A program made the position numbers and the translations under genes. This document shows positions 1 through 8,819 of a stretch of DNA of 64,000 nt, piece after piece (within the stretch, counting starts at the first letter, position 1; every line of letters begins with the position of its first letter). The notes below the pieces were generated by a model. That model worked only from the letters and a program-made list of their open reading frames with translations, was not told the DNA's origin and did not search any database. Origin of the DNA: Bacteroidota bacterium (GTDB taxonomy: Bacteria; Bacteroidota; Bacteroidia; Cytophagales; Cyclobacteriaceae); assembly GCA_018267275.1 (NCBI GenBank), contig JAFDYV010000003.1:500361-564360 (forward strand). Reading direction: 5' to 3'.

Positions 1-1
1 T

Positions 2-277
2 GAGAAAATCCGACAGCTTTCACTCAAAACATACCAAAGCCTTGCGTGTGAAGATTTTGCTCGGGTAGATTTATTTTTGACCGAAACCGGAGATGTTTAC
101 GTAAATGAAATCAACACCATCCCCGGCTTTACCAACTCCAGCATGTTCCCCATGATGTGGCGCGAACGCGGGGTTTCATTTACAGACCTCATCACAAAGC
201 TGATTGGGTTTGCGCTCGAGCGTTTTGAAAAATCGAAGCGAGCCGAAAGAAGTTTTAACTCTGCGTTGAAATTTTGA
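2..277 (+). CDS. ddl: D-alanine--D-alanine ligase, C-terminal part (gene starts before window)
   Basis: Frame open from position 2; translation contains ARVDLFL...VYVNEINTIPGFT..SMFP, the Ddl ATP-grasp C-terminal signature. Confidence 0.9.
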   Translation, partial: EKIRQLSLKTYQSLACEDFARVDLFLTETGDVYVNEINTIPGFTNSSMFPMMWRERGVSFTDLITKLIGFALERFEKSKRAERSFNSALKF

Positions 278-278
278 T

Positions 279-1091
279 ATGAAGTTAAGAACAATCTTGA
301 AAGGAAATTCAGTTGGCAGCTTGTTAGCGTTGTGGGGGATCATGTTTGGTGTGCTGGGCTTTGTAGCCATCGTGTACTTTTATATTTACCTCCCCAATGT
401 TACCAACCATGGAGAAATCATCAAAGTACCTGACCTTACCGGCCTCACCATGGAGGAGGCCACCAGGCGTGCAGAGGATTTTAAACTGCGTGTGGCCGTC
501 AACGATTCTGCCTATGCCGAAGATGCAAACCCGCTTGCAATCATCAAGCAGTTCCCCTCAGCGAACGAAACAGTAAAAAAAGACCGCACCATTTATGTGT
601 CTATCAACCGAGCCACCCCACCCTCATTACCCATGCCCGACATTTCAGAAAAAGGTTTGATCAATGCCGAAATGATTTTGAAAAGCAGCGAATTGAAACG
701 AGGCCGTTTGATGTATGAGCCTGACCCCTTCCGCGATTGGGTGAAAGAGGTACTGTACAATGGTAGGCCAATTTTGCCGGGCACACGCATCCCCAAAGGA
801 TCTGTGATTGACTTGGTTGTGGGCGATGGCGGTGGTGCCGCTGACTTTGTTGTCGGTAATCTGGTAGGCGACAATCTAAAAACAGCCATGCTTAAACTGG
901 AAGGATGGAACTTGCACTTGGGCAAAGTGGAAATACCCGATGGTGTGGACACTACAGGCGTGGTGCCATTCGTTTTTAAACAATTCCCCCTGCCGGGCGA
1001 TTCGGTGCGCATTGGTTACCCAATCGATTTGTGGATTGCACCCAAGGGTTACAAAGAACCCGAGGCAGAGGATGAAGAGACCAACAATTGA
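279..1091 (+). CDS. PASTA-domain-containing membrane-anchored protein
   Basis: N-terminal TM helix, then three repeats of the PASTA type (VPDLTGLTMEEA; MPDISEKGLINA; VGNLVGDNLKTA, each followed by ...Q.P..G..V...I.L.V); follows ddl as is usual in Bacteroidota. Confidence 0.85.
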   Translation: MKLRTILKGNSVGSLLALWGIMFGVLGFVAIVYFYIYLPNVTNHGEIIKVPDLTGLTMEEATRRAEDFKLRVAVNDSAYAEDANPLAIIKQFPSANETVKKDRTIYVSINRATPPSLPMPDISEKGLINAEMILKSSELKRGRLMYEPDPFRDWVKEVLYNGRPILPGTRIPKGSVIDLVVGDGGGAADFVVGNLVGDNLKTAMLKLEGWNLHLGKVEIPDGVDTTGVVPFVFKQFPLPGDSVRIGYPIDLWIAPKGYKEPEAEDEETNN

Positions 1092-1097
1092 TTTGTT

Positions 1098-3131
1098 TTG
1101 AGGAATTATCTTCTAACCATCAAAGCACAAAGGCGCGCAGAAGTTTTTTCTGTTGGGCGGATACTATTTTTGATTCTAACAGTCCAGGCAGCATATTGCC
1201 AAATAGAGCTTGCACCTATTTGGCGCACACCACCGCCCAACACCAGCTTTAAAAAAGAGATGCCCAACGCGCGCACCAGCGCGGCACTTACACCCATGTT
1301 GCTGCCTTTTTGGGACGACTTTTCGCTGAACAAATTTGACGGTCAGCGCAACACTGCGTACCCCAACGACACGCTATGGGAATACAGCCAGCGCGTGTGG
1401 GTGAACGACCACATGGGTATCAACCCACCATCTATTTACGTGGCTACTTTTGATGGCTACGATTCTTTGGGAAAGCCTTATGCAAAAAACGACATCTTGG
1501 CAAAAGGCTTTGCCGATAGGCTCACCTCTCGCCCCTTGCGCATGGACTTGGTAGCCCAAGCCAACAGAAAAAATGTATTCATGAGCTTCTTTTATCAATA
1601 CCAAGGGAACGGAGAGCCGCCCGACCAAGGTGATGTTTTGTACTTGTACTTTAAAGACAAGGATGGCATTTGGAATGAAGTGTGGCGGAAAGAAAATGAT
1701 GGCACTTTGGATAAAACAAAATTCGATACTGTCCGCTTAAAATTTGACGACAAGTATTTTCACCCCAAGTTTCAATTTCGATTTCAAAACTTTGGCCGGT
1801 TATCTGGCCCTTATGACACGTGGAATGTGGATTATGTGTATGTGAGCAATGGCTCTTTGCTATATCAACCACCAACACCTATTGAGTTGCCCTATAAAGA
1901 CTTCCCCGATCGGGCAATTTCTGCGAGTGCCTCTTCTTTGTTTGTTGATTTTCAATCAATCCCCGTAAAACATTTTCAGTTAAGTCCAGCATCATTGACA
2001 CAAAAACCGCATTTTACCATCACTAATCGAAGAAAAGATCAAATCTTTAATCGACAAAATCCAAGCTCTCAAGGATTTGGATATAGCTCATCAGTAAAAA
2101 TTACTCGAACCGTTTTCAACGGCTCGAACATCCAAAACATTCAACTTACTAGTAATGAAAAGACCGATAAAATACTTTTCTATAATGAACCTCTGGTTTT
2201 TGAAGTCACATCACTACCAACCACTGAATTGAATTCCATTGATACAGCTGTAAGAAAAATGGTTTTTGATTTCAAGTTTAGCATCGTGCCAGGCGACAAC
2301 ACTCCTAAAAAATTCGATGGCAGCCAAGATGATGGCGATTTTGACACTGTAGCCTACAAACGAATCGACTTCCGCAGAAACGATACCACTCGTGCAACTT
2401 ACATTTTAGATGACTACTACGCCTACGATGACGGAACTGCAGAATATGGGGCACGTATCAATGGCATTGGTACGCAACTCGCGTATGAATTCAATCTAAA
2501 AACGCCTGACCCTGATATTTTGATTGCCTTCGATTATTACTTCCCCCCTTTTGGCGATGAGTCGACCCAATCAGTCCAGTTTCATGTGCTGGGTGCCCTC
2601 ACCGGCCAGGAGACCGATTATTTGTATCGGAGGAATACACAAATCAAAAGATCGACCAACAATGTTTTTGTGAGGGAAAACCTGGCCTCCCCGGTAACTG
2701 TGCAAGGCAAGTTTTACATTGGCTGGCGCTTACTATCCAATGCACTTATTCCGGTTGGTTTAGATAGAAGTTTTGACTCGGGCAGTAAAATGTTTTTCAA
2801 TAGTTCGGGAGATTGGATACAGAACAAAGACTTGAAAGGTAGTTTGATGATACGGCCCGTGTTTATCCGCAAAGGGCAGGCACCGCCACCGGTGGCAGTC
2901 GCAGACGAGCCTGTTGCCGCGCTTTATCCCAATCCAAATACCGGCATTTTTTACCTTCCCATCGCTGCCGAACAAATCTCAATTGTGGATGTAACCGGCC
3001 GGCCAGTATCCACCTCTGTAGAAGAAGATCAAGAACAAAAAAAGGTTTCTGCCGACATTCCGATGGGTATCTACGTTGTCAGATATTTTGATGGCAAGTG
3101 GCGGTCAACAAAAATGTTGGTTAAGCCTTAA
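1098..3131 (+). CDS. T9SS type A sorting-domain (CTD) secreted protein of unknown function
   Basis: Signal-peptide-like segment, LPFWDDFS motif, C-terminal LYPNPNTG...G.YVVR...KMLVK CTD; TTG start uncertain. Confidence 0.75.
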   Translation: MRNYLLTIKAQRRAEVFSVGRILFLILTVQAAYCQIELAPIWRTPPPNTSFKKEMPNARTSAALTPMLLPFWDDFSLNKFDGQRNTAYPNDTLWEYSQRVWVNDHMGINPPSIYVATFDGYDSLGKPYAKNDILAKGFADRLTSRPLRMDLVAQANRKNVFMSFFYQYQGNGEPPDQGDVLYLYFKDKDGIWNEVWRKENDGTLDKTKFDTVRLKFDDKYFHPKFQFRFQNFGRLSGPYDTWNVDYVYVSNGSLLYQPPTPIELPYKDFPDRAISASASSLFVDFQSIPVKHFQLSPASLTQKPHFTITNRRKDQIFNRQNPSSQGFGYSSSVKITRTVFNGSNIQNIQLTSNEKTDKILFYNEPLVFEVTSLPTTELNSIDTAVRKMVFDFKFSIVPGDNTPKKFDGSQDDGDFDTVAYKRIDFRRNDTTRATYILDDYYAYDDGTAEYGARINGIGTQLAYEFNLKTPDPDILIAFDYYFPPFGDESTQSVQFHVLGALTGQETDYLYRRNTQIKRSTNNVFVRENLASPVTVQGKFYIGWRLLSNALIPVGLDRSFDSGSKMFFNSSGDWIQNKDLKGSLMIRPVFIRKGQAPPPVAVADEPVAALYPNPNTGIFYLPIAAEQISIVDVTGRPVSTSVEEDQEQKKVSADIPMGIYVVRYFDGKWRSTKMLVKP

Positions 3132-3165
3132 ATCACTACATTAGAGTCTTAATCCACTTACAACT

Positions 3166-4101
3166 ATGAAGTCTTCTTTGTGGTATTTTACGCTATTGAT
3201 ATCATGCTGTATAACAACCCTTGTTGACGCGCAAATCAAAACACCGTTAGAAGGTCGCTGGGATTTAACCATTACAAAAAACGGACAACAATTGCCTTCA
3301 TGGTTGGAAGTGCGGCATTCGGGAAACAATACCCTGGTAGGCAGATTTGTATATGCTTTTGGCAGTGCCCGCCCCATTGCTGAAGTGAAATTAAAAGACG
3401 GCAAGTTTTATTTTTCTATCCCACCACAGTGGGAAAAAGGCGAGCGTTGGATGGACTTTGAAGGAAGTTTAGAAAACGACAACATTATAAATGGCACAAT
3501 GACTTACGTGGACGGTAACAAGTCTTCGTTTGTGGGAGTGCGAGCACCTGCACTGTTGCGCGAAAAGCCAATCGAATGGAGTACTCCTATTCAATTGCTG
3601 AACGGAAAGGATTTGACAGGCTGGCATGCGGAGGGAAAAAATCAATGGATAGTGGAGAATGGCGTGTTAAAAAGTCCACAATCAGGCGCCAATCTTTTTA
3701 CTGATCAGAAGTTTACAGACTTTAAACTGCACATAGAGTTTCGTTATCCGAAAGGAAGCAACAGTGGTGTGTACTTGCGCGGCCGCTACGAAGTGCAAGT
3801 AACCGACAGTAAAGGGCTAGAAGCGTGGGACGACCAGTTTAGTGGCGTCTACGGATTTCTGCAACCCAACCGCATGGTAGCAAAAGATGCAGGCGAGTGG
3901 CAGTCATTTGACATTACCTTGGTAGGACGAACCGTTACAGTAGTCGCTAATGATGTGACTGTTATTTGCGATCAAATTATTCCCGGCATTACAGGTGGTG
4001 CCATTGATAGCAAAGAAGGCGAGCCGGGACCCATTTTTTTACAAGGCGACCACGGCCCGATTGAATATCGGAACATTGTGATTACACCCGCGAAGAACTG
4101 A
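3166..4101 (+). CDS. DUF1080 / 3-keto-disaccharide hydrolase family protein
   Basis: LLNGKDLTGW, FTDFKLHIEF, NSGVYLRGRYEVQV, GEWQSFDI, LQGDHGPIEYRNI motifs; signal peptide. Confidence 0.85.
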   Translation: MKSSLWYFTLLISCCITTLVDAQIKTPLEGRWDLTITKNGQQLPSWLEVRHSGNNTLVGRFVYAFGSARPIAEVKLKDGKFYFSIPPQWEKGERWMDFEGSLENDNIINGTMTYVDGNKSSFVGVRAPALLREKPIEWSTPIQLLNGKDLTGWHAEGKNQWIVENGVLKSPQSGANLFTDQKFTDFKLHIEFRYPKGSNSGVYLRGRYEVQVTDSKGLEAWDDQFSGVYGFLQPNRMVAKDAGEWQSFDITLVGRTVTVVANDVTVICDQIIPGITGGAIDSKEGEPGPIFLQGDHGPIEYRNIVITPAKN

Positions 4102-4117
4102 TCAAGCCGCCTGACGG

Positions 4118-4939
4118 CTAGTGAGAAAAAAACTCAACCGCAATTTGATTGATGAGTTTTGGCCTTTCGCGAAACACTGCGTGTGAAGTGTTGGGCAACA
4201 CACAAAACTGACTGTTTTTTATCATGCGGTGCATTTCCAGCGCATGTTCAATCCGTATAAGGTCACGGTCGCCCTGTGCAATCAACACTGGTATGTTGAT
4301 TCGCTTCAAAATGTCAGGCGAAAAATACTGGGACTGATACCACATATGCATCGCATCTCGGTAGTATTTCTTCCAATCTCTGGGTAATACTTTCTGGTAG
4401 TTCGCAATCCAGTTCTTGCTTTTCTTCTCCCAATCTGTCAAAGAGGCGGGTTTAACATTTTTCAAATTTGTGCCTGCCAAGTTATAGTTGGCCCCAACGG
4501 CAATCACTTTCCTTACTTTATCTGGCCTACCCTCGGCTAGCAAAAGCCCAATGATACCGCCATCACTCCAACCCATTACGTAAGTACCATCAAGGTGAAG
4601 TTGATCTATCAAGGCTGCCATATATTTCGCCAGTAAGGGATAGCTCATACTATCCGCCAATTCCGAGCGGCCTTGGCCTGGCGTATCAGGCAGAATCACG
4701 CGAAAGTGCTTGGACAACTCTGGAATACACAACTTAAAATCAGCAATGCTTCCCATACCGCCCTGTAGCAGCAGCAACGGTGTGCCTTTGCCATATTCTT
4801 CGTAGTAGATTTTTGTATTGAAAATCGAAAGATACGTGCCATTATTTGAGCCGTAGACGATGTTAGATTGCCCTTGCGCAAAAAGCGACATGCACAAACT
4901 AACTACAATGGCAACTGCGAATTTCATATTGTGTATCAA
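4118..4939 (-). CDS. Alpha/beta hydrolase, secreted
   Basis: YYEEYGKGTPLLLLQGG, nucleophile GWSDGG, GDRD and terminal His (NTSHAV); signal peptide. Confidence 0.85.
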   Translation of the reverse strand: MIHNMKFAVAIVVSLCMSLFAQGQSNIVYGSNNGTYLSIFNTKIYYEEYGKGTPLLLLQGGMGSIADFKLCIPELSKHFRVILPDTPGQGRSELADSMSYPLLAKYMAALIDQLHLDGTYVMGWSDGGIIGLLLAEGRPDKVRKVIAVGANYNLAGTNLKNVKPASLTDWEKKSKNWIANYQKVLPRDWKKYYRDAMHMWYQSQYFSPDILKRINIPVLIAQGDRDLIRIEHALEMHRMIKNSQFCVLPNTSHAVFRERPKLINQIAVEFFSH

Positions 4940-5110
4940 GTTAACGTGAAGTTACGCCCTAAATGTTTGAAATTATGCTTCGCTCTTGCGGAAATCCTTT
5001 AACGAAATGAACAACACTGTTTGCAGACTTGCGAATGCAAAACCGACTCCAATTAATTCCGTTTCACGCTGTAATGTCGTAGCCTCACTTGCTACTGATT
5101 AGGCACATAT

Positions 5111-7555
5111 ATGACCAAAAAATTCTTTTTCCTTCCGTTTTTATTTTTTGCCACCACAAGCTATGCCCAAGTTATTTCGGGCAAGATTGTCGATAGCCTA
5201 AAGCGCGAGCCAGTAGCCTTTGCGAACATCGTGCTGGCTGATGGCATACACGGCACCACCTCAGATATCGAAGGTAACTTTAAGCTCTCTGTGCCTGCAG
5301 GTTACCAGCAGGCCATCACCATTTCGCACGTGAGCTATCAAAAAACAAAATTGCCTTTGTCATTTTTTAACAAATATCGTGTGATTAAACTAAAGCCAAG
5401 CGAAATGGTGTTGAGTGAGGTAGTTGTGAAAGCAGGAGAAAATCCGGCCTTCCGCATTATTCGCAATGCCGTAAAAAATAAAAGCCGTAATAATCCGGAC
5501 AACTTAGAAAGCTACCAATATCATTCTTACAACAAGTTCATCATCAAACCCAGCGAGATGAGCGACCCCTACAAAAAAAGAGTAGACAGTTTACGAAATG
5601 GATCAATTGCTGCAACAAAAAAGCAAAAAGAGCTATTGCAGTGGGATAGCATCAGTAGCCGCATCCACTTCTTTATGACGGAATCAGTCACCGAAAAAAA
5701 AGTGATTAACCCCGGTCGTCAAAAAGAAACACTCATCGGCTTTAAAGCATCAGGCTTTAAAAGTCCGCTGTTTGCCAACGTGGCGACTGATTACCAACCC
5801 TTTTCATTTTACAATGACAAGATCTCACTGTTGGGAAAGGATTTCTTGAACCCCATCAGCAAAAACTCAGAGCAACGCTACGAATTTTACCTTACCGACA
5901 CCACCTACATTGAAAACGATACAGTGTATGTGATTCAATATGAACCCAAGCGCGGCAAGCTCATCACCGGCCTTAAGGGAATGGTGAGCATCAGCACCAA
6001 CGGCTGGGCCATCAAAAATATCATCGCATCCTCTTCGGATTCGCTTGCTTTAACCGGTATCCGCATTCAACAAAATTATGAACAGGTTAATGGCCAATGG
6101 TTTCCCGCACAGCTTAACACGGACATCGACTTTTACAATTTGAAGCAATTTGGCAGCTATATTATTGCGCAACACCGCAGCTTCATCAAAGATGTTAAAT
6201 TCAACCCTGCTTTAAACAAATCGGAGTTTGGTGACATCAAAGTTGACCTCTCACCCCCTGCCGGAGTATTGAATGAAGCAAACATTGAGAAATTCAGAAT
6301 TGCACCTTTGGATACAAAGGAGGCCAAGACGTACGTGACCATCGACTCTGCAATGCAGAAATTTCAATGGCTGGACAAAACCATGGAAGCGCTTGCCACC
6401 AACGCTCTTCCTATTGGACCTTTCGATTTCGACCTGACGCGATTGGTGCACATCAATCAATATGAAGGTTTTCGGTTGGGCGGTGGTTTGTACACCAGCA
6501 ACCGTTTTTTGACATGGCTGCGTGTAGGCGGGTATGGTGCGTATGGATTCAAAGACCAGCAATGGAAGTATGGTGCTGAGGTGCGTTTCAACCTCAATCC
6601 CAACCGCGATTTTGGGGTAACATTTCAGTACATCAACGATATCTACGAAACTGGTTATGCACACCAAAATGTACAGCGCGATTTTACCAATGCCAACGAA
6701 GGTCTGCGCAGACTGGTGAGCGAACGCTTCGATAAAATCGAATCGTACCGGGTAGATGTAAGTTACCGTGTACTACCGCGGGTACACGCCTCAGCCTTTG
6801 TGTCGAAAAACAACATAACACCTACTTACGATTATACCCTCACGTTGAACGGGGAGACACTCAATCGCTTTGCCATTGGCGAAACAGGCTTGGCCCTGCG
6901 TTATTCGGGAAGTGAAAACTATATGCAGATTTCTGGTAAAAAAGTACTGTTGGGCAGAGAGTGGCCGATGGTATCAATCGGCTACGCAAGGAGCATACAG
7001 GTGTGGGACGCGCAAAACTTTGATTACCAACGGCTGGATTTCTCCTCTAGGTTTCAGTTCAAGCACCGACCAAAAGGCAAGACGCGGTTGTTTGTTCATG
7101 CCGGCTGGGTGGACGGTGTTGCCCCCTATGGCCGGTTGTACAATGCCAGGGGCGCACAAGAAACACAAGCGATTTACGTTGACGAATATTTTCAAACCGT
7201 TGGTTTGTATGAGTTTGCCGCTTCGCGTTACGCCTCTGTTTTTTTCAATCACAATTTTGGCAATGTGTTCTATGATAATCGGTATAGCAAGCCTGAGTGG
7301 GTGGTTTACCACGCTTCGGGTATCGGTTGGCTTGACAATGCCAATGCCCATGCCAGTTCGCAAATCTCGTTGCAGTCTTTTGACAAAGGGTTTTTTGAAT
7401 CCGGCACCGGCTTCAACAACCTGCTTCGTTTCAAATATGCTAACGTGGCATACTTCGGTTTAGGTGCGGCTGTGTTTTACCGCTACGGAGCTTACCAATT
7501 TGAAAAGCAAACCAACAACCTGTTTTTTAGGGCCACGTTTAGTCTGGGATTCTGA
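5111..7555 (+). CDS. DUF5686 family outer-membrane protein with N-terminal carboxypeptidase-regulatory-like domain
   Basis: ISGKIVDS...EPVAFANI...GTTSDIEGNF...LSEVVV N-domain, INQYEGFRLG motif, beta-barrel-like C-terminus ending in Phe. Confidence 0.75.
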   Translation: MTKKFFFLPFLFFATTSYAQVISGKIVDSLKREPVAFANIVLADGIHGTTSDIEGNFKLSVPAGYQQAITISHVSYQKTKLPLSFFNKYRVIKLKPSEMVLSEVVVKAGENPAFRIIRNAVKNKSRNNPDNLESYQYHSYNKFIIKPSEMSDPYKKRVDSLRNGSIAATKKQKELLQWDSISSRIHFFMTESVTEKKVINPGRQKETLIGFKASGFKSPLFANVATDYQPFSFYNDKISLLGKDFLNPISKNSEQRYEFYLTDTTYIENDTVYVIQYEPKRGKLITGLKGMVSISTNGWAIKNIIASSSDSLALTGIRIQQNYEQVNGQWFPAQLNTDIDFYNLKQFGSYIIAQHRSFIKDVKFNPALNKSEFGDIKVDLSPPAGVLNEANIEKFRIAPLDTKEAKTYVTIDSAMQKFQWLDKTMEALATNALPIGPFDFDLTRLVHINQYEGFRLGGGLYTSNRFLTWLRVGGYGAYGFKDQQWKYGAEVRFNLNPNRDFGVTFQYINDIYETGYAHQNVQRDFTNANEGLRRLVSERFDKIESYRVDVSYRVLPRVHASAFVSKNNITPTYDYTLTLNGETLNRFAIGETGLALRYSGSENYMQISGKKVLLGREWPMVSIGYARSIQVWDAQNFDYQRLDFSSRFQFKHRPKGKTRLFVHAGWVDGVAPYGRLYNARGAQETQAIYVDEYFQTVGLYEFAASRYASVFFNHNFGNVFYDNRYSKPEWVVYHASGIGWLDNANAHASSQISLQSFDKGFFESGTGFNNLLRFKYANVAYFGLGAAVFYRYGAYQFEKQTNNLFFRATFSLGF

Positions 7556-7565
7556 CGCTTACCAT

Positions 7566-7586
7566 CTCTTTTCACTTGAAAAAGAG
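7566..7586 (+). terminator. Short hairpin after DUF5686 gene, possible terminator
   Basis: ctcttttca-ct-tgaaaaagag imperfect inverted repeat just after the stop codon. Confidence 0.35.
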
Positions 7587-7767
7587 TGCAAGGTTTGGCG
7601 TGACACTAAACATTGTAAAAAATCTATTCGGTGGGTGTAATTTCCGTTGCTCATACCCAACTAAATCCTCCAATTGGTGAAAATTGAACCGAGCCGTTAA
7701 TTTTTTTTAGATTACGAAAAACTTTATCAAATCAAAGCCGTCTTAACCCCAGAAAATCTACCCCACT

Positions 7768-8658
7768 ATGCAACTAATCATACAAAATCTCAGCAAAACC
7801 TACTCCAACGGAGTGCAAGCATTGAAAGACGTTTCACTTACAATCAACAAAGGAATGTTTGGTTTACTTGGCCCGAATGGAGCCGGTAAATCATCTCTGA
7901 TGCGCACCATTGCCACGCTACAAGAAGCAGATAGTGGGAGTATTTCGTTGGGCAACATTGATGTATTGACACAGAAGGAAGAAGTGCGCAAAATATTAGG
8001 CTATCTTCCGCAAGAATTTGGTGTGTATCCAAAAATTGATGCCGTCACATTACTTGATCATTTGGCTGTACTCAAAGGCATCAGCAACAAAGGTGAACGC
8101 AAAGGATTGGTAGAAGCGCTGCTGCACAAAACTAATTTGTGGAATGCGCGCAACAAAAATTTAGGAGGCTACTCAGGTGGTATGAAGCAGCGCTTCGGGA
8201 TTGCCCAAGCTTTAATTGCTAACCCCAAGTTGATTATTGTAGACGAGCCCACGGCTGGTCTTGACCCAGCGGAACGAAATCGTTTCTTGAATTTGCTCTC
8301 AGAAATTGGAGAAAATACCATCGTGATTCTCTCAACGCACATTGTAGAAGATGTGAAAGAACTCTGCACAGACATGGCCATCATCAACAAAGGACAAGTG
8401 TTGTACAAGGGAAGCCCGTTGGATGCGATCGCTGAGGTAGAAGGAAAAGTATGGACTAAGACCATCGAAAAGGCAGAGTTGGAGAGCTATCGTCAAAATT
8501 TCAGAATCATTTCTGAGCGACTGATTGGTGGCCGCCCGGTGATTTCTGTGTTGAGCCATGAACAACCCGAAGGGGGATTCACTCGTACCGCAGCCGATTT
8601 AGAAGATGTGTACTTCACGCACATTTTTGGAAATACGCAAAAAGAAGTTGCGGCCTAA
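7768..8658 (+). CDS. ABC transporter ATP-binding protein
   Basis: Walker A GPNGAGKS, signature YSGGMKQR, Walker B LIIVDEPT, H-loop LSTH. Confidence 0.95.
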   Translation: MQLIIQNLSKTYSNGVQALKDVSLTINKGMFGLLGPNGAGKSSLMRTIATLQEADSGSISLGNIDVLTQKEEVRKILGYLPQEFGVYPKIDAVTLLDHLAVLKGISNKGERKGLVEALLHKTNLWNARNKNLGGYSGGMKQRFGIAQALIANPKLIIVDEPTAGLDPAERNRFLNLLSEIGENTIVILSTHIVEDVKELCTDMAIINKGQVLYKGSPLDAIAEVEGKVWTKTIEKAELESYRQNFRIISERLIGGRPVISVLSHEQPEGGFTRTAADLEDVYFTHIFGNTQKEVAA

Positions 8659-8672
8659 TGACGTATGACCCT

Positions 8673-8781
8673 TCCCTCACCCATCAAAGATTTGCTAACC
8701 GCAAAATTTATGTATCCCCTCTCCCACGGGAGAGGGGTCGCAGCGCATCAGCACACAGGTAAGACTAGCTGGGGTGAGGGA
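8673..8781. repeat. 109-bp nested inverted-repeat (REP/BoxC-like) element, copy 1
   Basis: TCCCTCACCC (8673) ... CCCCTCTCCC-AC-GGGAGAGGGG (8716-8737) ... GGGTGAGGGA (8772-8781); second copy at 17102-17210. Confidence 0.8.
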
Positions 8782-8819
8782 GACTAAAATAATTTCATCT
8801 AACCGATAAAACAGTCACT

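Noticed and set aside
6870-7463. 197-aa alternative-frame ORF and many other 60-200 aa ORFs overlapping long genes
   Set aside because: They lie within or antisense to well-supported genes and show no recognisable motifs; treated as shadow ORFs.
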